This document shows, piece after piece, positions 8,640 through 19,763 of a DNA stretch of 52,350 bases. Source of the DNA: Trichomonas gallinae. Lineage: Eukaryota. The translations under genes and the position numbers were made by a program. Below the pieces are notes generated by a model. That model saw only the letters and a program-made list of their open reading frames with translations, did no database searches and had not been told where the DNA came from. Where the stretch lies: assembly GCA_008369845.1 (NCBI GenBank), contig MRSU01010707.1, positions 1-52,350 on the forward strand, in the 5' to 3' direction. Within the stretch, counting starts at the first letter, position 1. The number at the start of each line of letters is the position of its first letter.

Positions 8640-10712
8640 TTAGTATTTGATTCCGCTTCTCTTCAAGAGTGCTTCCTGAGAAGGATCTCTTCCCATGAAG
8701 TTCCTGAACTCATCCTGAACAGGTATTGAGTTGCCCTTCTCGAGGATTTCTCTTCTGAATGACAAGCCTGTCTCCTTGTTGAAGATTCCCTCCTTCTGGA
8801 ATCTGGAAAAGCAGTCGGCGTCCAAAACTTCGGCCCACTTGTAAGAGTAGTAGCCGGCGGAGTAAGCGACTGGGCTGCTGAAGAGGTGTCCAAATGAGTA
8901 GTACATGGAGTTCGTCTTTTCGCCGTAGAATGATCTGTACTTTTCAGCGACTGCGTCATCGATGTCGTTGAGTTCCATGTCCTTGTACTTGGAGTATTCC
9001 TGGTGCAAGGCGAAGTCGATTCTGCCGAAGTACAACTGTCTGACGAATGCTGTAGCGCTCCTGTAGTTCCTTGCGGCGATCATCTTCTTGAACAATTCTT
9101 CTGGAATCTTAGCGCCTGTCTCCCAGTGTGAAGCGAACAAGTCCAAAGCCTCGCGCTCCCAAACGTAGTTCTCATGGAACTGGGATGGAAGCTCGACGTA
9201 ATCCCATGGGACACTCATTCCGCTCAATGATGAGATCTCGCCGTCATAGAAGAGGCAGTGGAGGCAGTGTCCGAACTCGTGGAAGATTGTGGAAACATCG
9301 TCGTGAGACAAAAGTGCTGGCTTTCCGCCGATGGACTTGTTGAGGTTGCAGTTGAGTGTGGCGAGGTTCGGGTCGTTAGCTGATGGGTGGCCGATGTGGA
9401 GCTCGCTCATCCAGGCGCCAGAACGTTTGTCTTCTCTTGGATATAAGTCGACGAAGAAAGATCCGAGCTTCTTCTTGGATTCGATGTCGATGACTTCGAA
9501 AACTTTGACGTCTGGCTGCCAAACTTCGACTTTGCCTTCGACTTCTGGCTGTCCGGCCTCTCTGAAGTATGTTGGGATCTCTTTAACTTCGATTCCGTAG
9601 ATAATTTGGACGATCTTGAATAATCCTTCGAGAACCTTTTCGGCTGGGAAGTATGGCTTGAGCTCCTCCTCATCGAACTCGTAGAGCTCCTTGCGTTGGC
9701 GCTCAGCCCAGTAAGCTGTGTTCCATGGCTTAAGAACTACATCTGGATTCTTCGATTTAGCGTACTTAAGAAGAGTCTCGTTGTCTTCCATGTACTGTGG
9801 ATAGCACATCTTGTGGAGATCTTCGACGAATTTGAGCGCATTAGCACCGCTTGCTGCCATTCGGCGATTCAATACCATATCTGCCCATGTATTGAAGCCG
9901 AGGATGTGAGCCTTTTCATCACGAAGGGCAATGATCTTCTTGATGTTCTCGCCGTTGTCGAATTTGCCGCCGCGGCCAATTGTAAGAGATAATTGGTACA
10001 TCTTCTTGCGGAGCTCTTCTGACTCTGCGTGCATCATGACTGGGAGCCTTGATGGGTACTGAAGATTGAACCTCCACTTGTCTGGCTGGCCTTTGTTTGT
10101 TGCATCTTCCTTTGCAGCGTCAATGGCTGACTGTGGGAGTCCCTTGAGGTCTTCCTCGTTTGTAACGTAGATCTCTCCGGCCTTTGTTGAGTCGAGAACG
10201 TTATCAGCGAACTTCTTTGTGATTTCAGCGAGTTGAACGCTGATTTCGGAGACGCGCTTCTTCTTATCCTCTGGAAGTCCGGCACCATTCTGGAGGAACT
10301 CCTTGATTGTGTTGTCAATGAAACGCAATTCTTGCTTGTTGAGATTCTGATCTTTGGATTTTTCGAATTCCTTGTTGAGAACCTTGTAGAGGTCGTCGTT
10401 GAGGTATACAGATGTCTCGAACTCGGAAAGGAGTGGGAGAACCTTTGCATATGCCTCACGAAGTTCGTTCGATTCTTTAACTGCTGTTAAATGCGAAACT
10501 CTGTTCGAGAATGCGTTGACAACACCGAAGAGTTTGTCGAACTTCTTGAATGTTGTCTCGTAGTTGATTTGATCGTCGGATAATTTCGAAATCTCGTCGA
10601 TTGCTTGTTTGGCAAGCTCGATTGCGTGCTTACCATCTTCGAAGACGTGATCTGGTGTCAGTGTTGACCATTTTGGATAGAATGACTCATCAAGAAAAGG
10701 ATGGGATGTCAT
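8640..10712 (-). CDS. Oligopeptidase A, M3A metallopeptidase (bacterial PrlC/OpdA-like)
   Basis: Contains HEFGH zinc motif, WDYVELPSQFHE, DLYPREDKRSGAW, GYYSYKWAEVLDAD and FMGRDPS. The likely start is ATG 10712 (MTSHPFL..., 690 aa) after TCATA; the upstream extension is AT-rich promoter. Confidence 0.95.
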   Translation of the reverse strand: MTSHPFLDESFYPKWSTLTPDHVFEDGKHAIELAKQAIDEISKLSDDQINYETTFKKFDKLFGVVNAFSNRVSHLTAVKESNELREAYAKVLPLLSEFETSVYLNDDLYKVLNKEFEKSKDQNLNKQELRFIDNTIKEFLQNGAGLPEDKKKRVSEISVQLAEITKKFADNVLDSTKAGEIYVTNEEDLKGLPQSAIDAAKEDATNKGQPDKWRFNLQYPSRLPVMMHAESEELRKKMYQLSLTIGRGGKFDNGENIKKIIALRDEKAHILGFNTWADMVLNRRMAASGANALKFVEDLHKMCYPQYMEDNETLLKYAKSKNPDVVLKPWNTAYWAERQRKELYEFDEEELKPYFPAEKVLEGLFKIVQIIYGIEVKEIPTYFREAGQPEVEGKVEVWQPDVKVFEVIDIESKKKLGSFFVDLYPREDKRSGAWMSELHIGHPSANDPNLATLNCNLNKSIGGKPALLSHDDVSTIFHEFGHCLHCLFYDGEISSLSGMSVPWDYVELPSQFHENYVWEREALDLFASHWETGAKIPEELFKKMIAARNYRSATAFVRQLYFGRIDFALHQEYSKYKDMELNDIDDAVAEKYRSFYGEKTNSMYYSFGHLFSSPVAYSAGYYSYKWAEVLDADCFSRFQKEGIFNKETGLSFRREILEKGNSIPVQDEFRNFMGRDPSQEALLKRSGIKY

Positions 10713-11316
10713 CGAATTTTTGTCACATTTTATGATCGAACAACTAATTAAATAACGCAGGGTCTGCCATAAGATTAAAGGGGATTTTGAAATTTTCTTC
10801 AAAATGAATTTTTTCATGTATTTATAACCTTGTTAATGTATATTAGAAAAATTACACAAAAAAATTTAAAAATATTATTTATTGAAATTCTACAAAAAAC
10901 CATTTTATGTTTTAAAAAACGATTATTTCAATAAATAGTGGATAGATCACAAAACTAAATCAGTAGTTAAATTTATTAATATATTATATTGAATTCTATT
11001 GAAGCCAAAAGGCAAAATTTTAGTTTTATCAATGATGTTGAAATCATATATCAACATATAAAGAGAATTAAAGTAATTAATATCTGTTAATGTGATAAGC
11101 ATTTTCTACAATGTTTATAGATAGTATGTGTATTAGAATAATGCTATGATAAATATGATATTTGATAGAAACTTTATTTTTATCTATAAATAGTAGGTAA
11201 TAATGTATATGAATGGATATTGGCAATAATATTCAATTAGACAATAAACAAATCTAGTAATAAAATGATAAATCTAATTTGAATTTGATTTTTGCTGACT
11301 GATAAAGGTGGACTTT

Positions 11317-11733
11317 CTATTTTTGGGATTTTGATTGTTGTTGATAGACTGTTTCAATCTTTGCGATGAGTTTTTCATTGATATCCAATTTATTGTTAAT
11401 TTCTATAAATTGTTGCGCTAAATTTGTAATAACATCTAATACTTTATCCAATATCTGATCCAAATCACCAGTTTTTATGGCTTCTTGCAATAATTCGCTA
11501 AATTCAAGATTTTTTTTAGTCTCAGGCTTATTTTCATCATATTTTTGAATATGTGTATCATTGCTTTCGACGAATTTCGGATGCTTTTCTTTCCTTTCTT
11601 CGAATCTAACTTTTAATTTTGAATTTTTTGATTTTTGTGGTGTGAATTCACGCTTTTCAGACTGATATTTAGTGCTGGTGACTTCTTCGGATATCTCTGG
11701 AGTTTCTTCAAATGCGAAATCTTCAACAGACAT
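11317..11733 (-). CDS. Small hypothetical protein with C-terminal coiled coil
   Basis: 138-aa ATG ORF with charged N-terminus and heptad-like C-terminus. Its start context AAAATTCG-ATG matches that of the peptidase gene. Confidence 0.7.
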   Translation of the reverse strand: MSVEDFAFEETPEISEEVTSTKYQSEKREFTPQKSKNSKLKVRFEERKEKHPKFVESNDTHIQKYDENKPETKKNLEFSELLQEAIKTGDLDQILDKVLDVITNLAQQFIEINNKLDINEKLIAKIETVYQQQSKSQK

Positions 11734-12624
11734 CGAATTTTGTATTTTTAAACGTCTATATTTTTATAAGTCTTTATTGGACAATAAATATAAGCTTTTA
11801 GTATTCTACCAATGGTATAGATCTGATCCTTGAGATATCTAAGGTTCATAAGGGCGATTTGGTATTGATAATTCAATATCACAAATCTAACAAACAAAGC
11901 TAACCATGTAAACCTTATAAAGAATTCCATGAAATACGAGGTTTTGAATCAAGAAACAAAAATCTAATTCGAGTGTAACAAGATGGTCAATTTGACAATA
12001 TTTGCATGATGTGGTTTTGACTGATATTAATAGCTATCTTATACGTTAAACAAATCATAATTCTGTTTAATTAATTAATTAATTTTTTCGTCATTTTTTC
12101 ATGTTCTTATAACTCAAAACTACAATTGTGCATAATATCCATTCACATTTTAAGTTTAAATTTCGAAATTTAAAATATCTAGATTTGATTTATGATATTT
12201 GTATATAGATATATTTAAATATTTTTGGAATTATTATATTTTTCATACAAAAAAAAAGTCGTCATTTGATGGAAATTTTATGCATTATAGATATTTTTAA
12301 TATAAATTTCAAAGAATGAGATTCCGAATCTATCAAATATTTTAGCAATATTTATGATCTTCTCTCGGTTTCATTCAATTTTGAATTCACCTTAAAAAGA
12401 ATAACAATCATACAATAAAACTATTACTAAACATTTTTTTCAGTTGAATATTTAGATAAATAAATTTTAAAAAAATTATCTCTTTAGAATTACTTCATTT
12501 AATGTAGATATGCTTTTCTATATTAGTTTTAATCATGGTCTAATGTTCGAATATGTCAAATTTGATTTTACGAATATACATAGATTTTATTAAATACAAA
12601 CATAATAAATATAACAAAACATAA

Positions 12625-15600
12625 TTAATATTTGAACAGCGAGTCCTGGTAGCTTTGTATTGTTGATAGCATTGCTTCAATGAATTTTTGTTTCGACTCG
12701 AAATCTCCAATAATTAAAATTCCTCCTGCTTTCTGAACATTTATAATTCCAGGTTCATTAGATACCCACACGAATAGTGGCTTCCATGTTGCTGCTTCTG
12801 GTCCGAATTTTCCATTGACGTACTCCAAGAACATGAAGAAAACTTGCGTGCAGCAGTTTCTCAAGAAACTTTTGAGCCAGTGAATTGCGTGGCTCTTTTT
12901 CTTATTCGTCTTCATCGCTGCAAAAAGCGCGTTAAGAAGCGGAATCGTATCTCTTCCATCCATCGTAACAATAGACAAACCGACTCTTATACTGTCAGGG
13001 TCAATCATCTCTTTCGGACAAACATTGCTCGTGAAAATATATTTAACGCGCAGCTCAGAGTTCTTCGTTGAATCAGCGACAATCTTGCACGAATCAATAT
13101 CAGACAACTCAGGCATTTTAGGGACTTCCAGTACAATCATATGCCTTATGAGCTCGAATAGTTGCTCGTCAGGTATCATGTGGAGAATTTCATAAATGAA
13201 CCTTGCTGTGTCATATGAAAATTTAGAGCTCAAAGGATTCATCGTGTAATCCTCAGGATTCATTCCTTCTTGGAATGATGCCAGCAAGCAGTGGCTATGA
13301 TGAGGTCTCCACTCCAATACTTCCTGCGCGATCTCATGAATGTTTGGCAATGAAGAATAAAGCAATGATGAATCTTTTTCGTAACTAACAGAAATTACTC
13401 CGTTGTTGACAGTCAAAAATTCGCCGTCGTTTAGAGTTATTGATTGTGATGGCTCAAAAGTAATTGTGACCTTTCCTTTTGCCCTGACGCATGTTAAATA
13501 GTCATGTGTAATGTGTAGCATCTTCTCTTTTGTTTCCCTCGGCTTACAAATTGTATCGCACAAAGCTGGAATAAGATAAGAATGCGGACGCTGATGTATA
13601 GTACTCTCTTTCAGCAAGAAAGCTGGCCAAATGTTGGATTTAGAGAAAGGCTGCGGAACCTCAGGATTAATCAATTCCATCAGTCTTGAATAGTTAGTGA
13701 ACAATTTTTGGAACGCGCATAATCTTTGCGATTCTTTTGCAATCATTTCTTTCAGCTCAGAGAAATCGTAGTTGTTGTCCCTTATCATCAGTGATATAAC
13801 ATAGTGTAATTGCGCGAAAGCGTTGGAAAATTCGCTGTTATACAAAGTAACAGGAATAAATGTCGTCAAAGTTTTCGTTGTCAGTGTTCTTATATTATTT
13901 CCGACTTCATAGAAACTGTTGCTCGTAATTACATAGCAGTTACTCACCTGCAGATAGACACCCGGTGGAACAACCAATGCATTGATGCTGTCAGGGCCGA
14001 ATCCTAATTCACAGAGAGACTCAAACTTGCTTTTTATTGCTTCGATTAGTTGAGAAATCGGAATCTTCATTTTGAGAATCGCGTGGAAGATTTTTACCTG
14101 GCTTTTATTCCATTGCTCTTCTAGATGCAAAGCGTTGAGTGTAAGAGGTAATCCACATTCAGTGCCATTGAGGGAAGACAGGAAATTAAGAATAGAAGTC
14201 GCCGGAAGTGATAAATTTCTCTGCGATAATATTTCAAGATTTATTAACTGCTTCAAGCATCTTATCAAGTATTTCGACTGCATTTCAAGCTCAGCGCTGT
14301 TGAAAACACATGAATCAGCAAGCGGAATATCTCCATTTAGCTCTGAAATTCTCATCTTGTACATTGATGTCTGGGGATTTTCTTTTGTCAAATAAACTTT
14401 TCCATCGCATTCGAATTTGTATTCTATGACCATTCCAGGCTGTAAATCGATTATCAAGAACATCATAGCTATTGACGGAGAAATCGCGCAAGTGTCGACT
14501 TTAGCATTTTCATATATCATAGAATAACATCTAGTTAAAGGCTCATATATAACTTCGAAAGTTGTTGTTGTTTCTCCAGGTTTGTTTGTCGCGTATTGAC
14601 GAGGAGATTCTAAGATACAGTCTAATGTTCTCGAATAGGCCGACATTTTGATGCAGAATGTAGGAGGTGTTCTGCTGATTGTAGGGTGAATAGAAAATGT
14701 GACCTTGAACTTAGTATTCGGGTGGAATGGAGATGAAACGAAAGTTATATTATCATCTAAAGTAATCAAAAATCCGCTGTTGATATTTCTTTTAGAATAC
14801 TCGTTGAAGACGCAGTTTTTGGTTATGACTGATGAAGGAATCTCGTCTGTGTTACTATCAGGACCAGTGAACTCTATCTGAGGACAGCTTTGAGTGCTGA
14901 CCATCAATGAGTAATAGAAATCGTGCATTCTTTCGTCAGGCCTTATCCTTTCGTTTATGATATCGCTCATTATAATCTTATCGAAGAATTCCTGTGAGCA
15001 GTATGAATAAAAAGCAGGAATTTTGAGAAAAGCGAGTAATGATGCTAATCTGAAAATTTCTACAGTTGAAGGGAACTCGGTATTAGATGAAAAGATCGTG
15101 TAATAGAACGAATAGTCTGTGATGAGCTTTAAATCAACTTTAACAGCACATTCACACCAAAGATTCTTGCAATCTGTTATAGAGAACGTTTCTTTGTGTC
15201 CATCAACGTCAATATCGAATGTGTTGGTTTTCCTGGAGACAACTTTGCCCATTCTATAGATATCATCCTTATCTGTGAATCTTATCATGACTCCACTACG
15301 AATTGCTTCCATTGAGTTGTTTAAAATAGCAAAAACAGCTGGATAGTTCTCAACACTTTGATTATGAGCAATAGATTCAAGGAATCTGTTGAATGAAGAT
15401 TGAGAATTGTTAAACATCTCTTTTAGGTGAGAAATAATAACGAATGTGCTCTGAAGAGGCATGTAAAGTTCCGACTGAGTAATGTAAATGCTTCGGTTGT
15501 TTGCGATATATTCTGTAATTGCGAAAAATGCGAATTCAAAGAATTTATCGAGGTTCTTGCATCCATTTTTGTCTAATGCATTGACTATTCTCATGATTAC

Positions 15601-18444
15601 TGTAATAACTCTTGAACTTCCGCCAATTATGGAATTAATAATGGTTTCTGTATGTTCTTCCATGTCAATTAATGCGCCAGACATAACAGCAAGCAAACAT
15701 AAGAGAGAAGCCTTGAAATTTAATGGTTCTTGTGCAGCTCCTGTATATTTTTCGAGTTTCGAGGCTTTTTTGAGGAATTTTGCAACAAATATATAAATTT
15801 CGTTAAGCTGCCTAAAAATAACAAGCAAAGAATCGAAAAATCTGATGATGAAATCATCATTCATGTTTTCGAAGTCGCTGAGCTGTATATCGAGTTTAAT
15901 GGACTGAAGGATGACAGGTGGAAAGAAAAATGGGAAAGAAAACGAATTAATAAAATGCTCAACTGTTTCATGACCAATATCAAGTAAATCATCGACACGG
16001 TCAGCAAACTGGGTAGCATACATGCTGAAAACAACCTGCTGCTGCTCAGTTAACTTGAAGCTAGATTTTTGGAAATTTTTCATAACCATTCCTAATGTTG
16101 ACACATCTGACATTGAACACAAATCGTTGATATTTCCTGTCACTATGTACCTCATGAGTCCAAATGAAGACAAAGAAGGAATATTCAGGATTTTTTCTAA
16201 AATATTCTTTGATGGATAGATGTTAAACATAAATTTGCGCCTTATATCAAAGAAGAGATCTCTAAACATACTTTCGCTGGTTACATCGTAAGCAATCGTT
16301 AATAATTTGAATAAATTCTTATCAAGTGATTTTGAAACTTTATGGAGTGGATGCGGATTCTTCTGATAAAACTCATCAATGCTTTTGTAAAATCTTCTGT
16401 CACTGTTGTAGGGAGCGGATAATACAATTCCGATTAAAAGATATAATGATCTGTTGAGCATAATAAGCAGCTGTTTGTTCTCAGAATTTTCATCTGGCAT
16501 CTTTATCAGCAAGTTTTGGTAAAAAGAAAGTAAATCTAAAGCAAATCTCGGCCACTGGTTTTGCAATCGATAAGTTAGCTTTAAAACATACTTCCAGAGC
16601 ACGAAATGCGGCGAATTAATGAATTCTGAAGGGTCTTTGATGTTGGGCAAAAAATAATTAATTCGAGTTAAGATAGAATTGCAAATTGCTTTGAATGGGA
16701 TTAAAGCATCTTCGAACTTATCAGCTTCTATTAGCTTTTCTATGTAGTTTGTGCAACAGTTGCTCATAATTGCGATTGATTCTTGCGGAAAAATGCGAAC
16801 ATTGCGAGAAACGTAAGGAATTAGTCTGTCTATAGAGTATTTAGACAATTTCATGCATTTGAAATCAACTAATGTTGGAAAAAACCAAATAAAATCTAAA
16901 TTATAACTATTTTCTACATAATCATTGAGTAAATTAATATCTTTGTAAATTTGCGGATTTGCGAGAAACTGGAAACAATATAAAAACAGGTAAACGCAGA
17001 ATAATTTCATTGTTTCTTCTTCTGTATGATAATAAATGTGAACATAAATTTCTATAATATGATCGATGTTTTTCTGTGGAGCATTATCGATGAGTATGAG
17101 CCCACACATGTAGATTCCTTCCAAAAACTGCTTTTCGTTGAAATAAATTAATAAATCGAGAATATTTGAACAGTTTTCATCACGAAACATATGCGCTCCG
17201 TGATATAGTGCCGAAGATATGATGGAATACGGGTCTAAAGTTATCTGATTCGTTGGAAAAGGAACAACACATAACCATTTCGACGGTTGTATGCAAGATC
17301 TGTAAAAAGAAACGTCTGAATTTGTGAGTGCAACATGTTCTAGCTTATATGGACGCGTGCACCAAGCGTTAACAACAGTTGGCGAATTAGTCGTATAATC
17401 TCTAATTAAAGTTCCTGATTCCAGAGAGAACTCGATGAAATGCGTAGATTTAACACGTGGTGTTGCGAAAGTTATTCTGATTCCGTTTGATATGAATGGA
17501 ATTCTTAATTCTTGATAAATGTCCGCGATATTTCCTTTTAAAATTAGTTTTTTCTCTAGCTGGAATAAGCCATTTCTCAATGAGAATATGCTCAGCTTTC
17601 CTTTTCGAACTAAAATTCTCACCGAATAAAAAAAGTGGCCATCAGTGCAAATAGGTGGCACTAGTGTATCGGGCTTGTTATGTATTTCGAGAACTCTATT
17701 TGTGCAAACGTTAATTTCGAATGCTTGTTTTTCTGTAATCATATATAAATATTCGTGCACGAAACAAAGCGAATACGGTTGATCACCGATTGCTTTCCAT
17801 AGGTTGTACTTCTTCATTGGCTTCCCGTGTGGAGTTAAACTAAGCGCAACAATTAATCCTCCTCTTTGCCCAATAAAAACCTCAGATTGACTGGCAGTGA
17901 ATGCTGTGGCGCACGAAATATCGTCATTTATAAATGGAATACCATTAGTTCTTGAAGAAAAATCGATAAATAAAGATGACTCTGTTAAAGAGTCTAAAAT
18001 GAAGTTTTGTATCCATGGATTATACATTCTGTTGATCTTTAGACTTCCAGGCTTTGGTGAGTTTAGTATGGCATCCTTTAATAAAAGTATGGAATTTGAG
18101 AGAATTGCTATTGCAACAGAATCAGTAGGAGAAAATCCATGCGAATGCGCAAATATTTCGAACGTATAGGTTTCAACAGCGTATCGGCAGAATTCTGAGT
18201 TGAATACAATTAATCGCAATAATTTTTTCCTTTTGAGTGCTAAAACTTGCTCGATATGTTGAATTTGTTCGCTTGTTAGTTGAAATGGCTTCTTTTCGGT
18301 GCTAAAAATGTAAAATATTTTATTTTGCAATGCGACATTTGGAGGATCTACCTTTTTCTCGAAGAAAAAGATAATATCATCCGACACGTGGACAATCTGG
18401 CTCATTGACGCGAGGAGAACTGAGCCCCGATTGACCAGCGTCAT
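12625..18444 (-). CDS. Large protein with N-terminal beta-rich region and degenerate C-terminal HECT-like lobe
   Basis: The track start at 18471 is TTG; the first ATG is at 18444. The C-terminus WLKSFLRN...FFMFLEYVNG...IINVQKAGGILIIGDFESKQKFIEAMLSTI parallels the HECT pattern WFW..L...FL.FVTG...LP.AHTCFN.L.LP.Y.S...L..AI. Confidence 0.6.
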   Translation of the reverse strand: MTLVNRGSVLLASMSQIVHVSDDIIFFFEKKVDPPNVALQNKIFYIFSTEKKPFQLTSEQIQHIEQVLALKRKKLLRLIVFNSEFCRYAVETYTFEIFAHSHGFSPTDSVAIAILSNSILLLKDAILNSPKPGSLKINRMYNPWIQNFILDSLTESSLFIDFSSRTNGIPFINDDISCATAFTASQSEVFIGQRGGLIVALSLTPHGKPMKKYNLWKAIGDQPYSLCFVHEYLYMITEKQAFEINVCTNRVLEIHNKPDTLVPPICTDGHFFYSVRILVRKGKLSIFSLRNGLFQLEKKLILKGNIADIYQELRIPFISNGIRITFATPRVKSTHFIEFSLESGTLIRDYTTNSPTVVNAWCTRPYKLEHVALTNSDVSFYRSCIQPSKWLCVVPFPTNQITLDPYSIISSALYHGAHMFRDENCSNILDLLIYFNEKQFLEGIYMCGLILIDNAPQKNIDHIIEIYVHIYYHTEEETMKLFCVYLFLYCFQFLANPQIYKDINLLNDYVENSYNLDFIWFFPTLVDFKCMKLSKYSIDRLIPYVSRNVRIFPQESIAIMSNCCTNYIEKLIEADKFEDALIPFKAICNSILTRINYFLPNIKDPSEFINSPHFVLWKYVLKLTYRLQNQWPRFALDLLSFYQNLLIKMPDENSENKQLLIMLNRSLYLLIGIVLSAPYNSDRRFYKSIDEFYQKNPHPLHKVSKSLDKNLFKLLTIAYDVTSESMFRDLFFDIRRKFMFNIYPSKNILEKILNIPSLSSFGLMRYIVTGNINDLCSMSDVSTLGMVMKNFQKSSFKLTEQQQVVFSMYATQFADRVDDLLDIGHETVEHFINSFSFPFFFPPVILQSIKLDIQLSDFENMNDDFIIRFFDSLLVIFRQLNEIYIFVAKFLKKASKLEKYTGAAQEPLNFKASLLCLLAVMSGALIDMEEHTETIINSIIGGSSRVITVIMRIVNALDKNGCKNLDKFFEFAFFAITEYIANNRSIYITQSELYMPLQSTFVIISHLKEMFNNSQSSFNRFLESIAHNQSVENYPAVFAILNNSMEAIRSGVMIRFTDKDDIYRMGKVVSRKTNTFDIDVDGHKETFSITDCKNLWCECAVKVDLKLITDYSFYYTIFSSNTEFPSTVEIFRLASLLAFLKIPAFYSYCSQEFFDKIIMSDIINERIRPDERMHDFYYSLMVSTQSCPQIEFTGPDSNTDEIPSSVITKNCVFNEYSKRNINSGFLITLDDNITFVSSPFHPNTKFKVTFSIHPTISRTPPTFCIKMSAYSRTLDCILESPRQYATNKPGETTTTFEVIYEPLTRCYSMIYENAKVDTCAISPSIAMMFLIIDLQPGMVIEYKFECDGKVYLTKENPQTSMYKMRISELNGDIPLADSCVFNSAELEMQSKYLIRCLKQLINLEILSQRNLSLPATSILNFLSSLNGTECGLPLTLNALHLEEQWNKSQVKIFHAILKMKIPISQLIEAIKSKFESLCELGFGPDSINALVVPPGVYLQVSNCYVITSNSFYEVGNNIRTLTTKTLTTFIPVTLYNSEFSNAFAQLHYVISLMIRDNNYDFSELKEMIAKESQRLCAFQKLFTNYSRLMELINPEVPQPFSKSNIWPAFLLKESTIHQRPHSYLIPALCDTICKPRETKEKMLHITHDYLTCVRAKGKVTITFEPSQSITLNDGEFLTVNNGVISVSYEKDSSLLYSSLPNIHEIAQEVLEWRPHHSHCLLASFQEGMNPEDYTMNPLSSKFSYDTARFIYEILHMIPDEQLFELIRHMIVLEVPKMPELSDIDSCKIVADSTKNSELRVKYIFTSNVCPKEMIDPDSIRVGLSIVTMDGRDTIPLLNALFAAMKTNKKKSHAIHWLKSFLRNCCTQVFFMFLEYVNGKFGPEAATWKPLFVWVSNEPGIINVQKAGGILIIGDFESKQKFIEAMLSTIQSYQDSLFKY

Positions 18445-19763
18445 GTAATTCTCCGAATAAGTCTTTTCCAAGATTTTTGTTAGGAACTAAACAATTCAAA
18501 AAATTATCATGATAATATTAATGAATATTAAGTTATATTTGAATTTCTCGCAAAGCTTTTTTATTTTTTTTTTTTAAGGTTTATTTTTACGATATGCAAA
18601 AAGTGAAAATTTCGCACTAAACAAACAGTATAAACTTCTAAAAACCATACAAACAAATAGATTGTTATGTTATATATCATTCTATCTATTTATATTTCAA
18701 TTTTAATCATTTTTCATCAATATTTGACAACTTTTTGTATTACTAATTTATGAAAAAACAGTAAAATTTAATCTATTGATTAAGAATCATATGATTGTAT
18801 ACAATCTATATTTTCAATATTATCTTCAGGAACTTGATTTTTAAGTCGAAGATTAAATATATTTTTACTTTATCAATATGATGTCTTATTCATACCATAC
18901 ACATTTTATATTAAAGAGGAGTTTGGCATGATATTTGTCTTAATTTTGACTTTGGAACCAATTGAGAAAAAGTCAAAGAAATGCATTAATATTCTAACTA
19001 TTTATATCTGATATACATATAATTATTAGGTATAGTAAAAAAGTTACCACAGAGAACACCTTCCACTATAAAGATATGCAAGATTTGATTTGTCACTCTC
19101 AGCATTGATTAACTGAGAGATATGGTGTGGTACATTTAAAGATATATCTGAATTGAGGCATATTCCCATTAGACGACATATTATTTGAAAATTTCATCAT
19201 AACCGGGGGCATGCACTTTTTTGTAAAACTGACAATAAGGTATTTTGTAAAGTGTCAAATATACAAAGAGTATCATATACAAATTATGCAATATCGCAAA
19301 TGAAGGATAATTCCGAAGATTGCACCGTAGTTCAGTGGTAAGTATTTCGGTGATAGATATCAGCAATCATTTTTATTTAGAAGATATTCTTTTTGGAAAA
19401 ACTGATAAAAAGGTGCCTTGTCAAAATACAAAAAGTGACAAATTGAAATAAAAAAGGTTATGTAAATCAACATTTTTGTCAAGTAAATCAAAAATGCTAC
19501 GTAATTTTCTCAAATCTTTATTTATTTGTCATGTAAATCAATCAATTTTTTGCCAAGTCTGTGATAAAAAAAGGATTTGCTCAACATTCAATCATTTTAA
19601 TTTGCTTATTCTGCACTACTACAAGCATCCTTATAGTCACTGTCGTCGATTTTGATCGATAAATCAACATAAAGCTTCATTTTTCAACAAAGATCATTAG
19701 AACAGTGTAACAAAAAAATCAGAGATTACACTAAACAACTACTATTTATATATTGCCTATGCG

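Noticed and set aside
10713..10817. 35-aa N-terminal extension of the peptidase as a targeting peptide
   Set aside because: It is AT-rich promoter sequence. Family similarity and codon bias begin at ATG 10712, which follows a TCATA initiator.
19045..19060. ACAGAGA box suggesting U6 snRNA
   Set aside because: It is not followed by AGATTAGCATGG or an internal stem-loop.
19099..19200. Minus-strand C/D snoRNA (ATGATGA...CTGA)
   Set aside because: No terminal stem and no rRNA target that I can verify; such boxes are frequent in AT-rich DNA.
19322..19352. tRNA-like 5' half (TAGTTCAGTGGT A-box)
   Set aside because: No anticodon arm, TTCRA T-loop or acceptor 3' strand follows.
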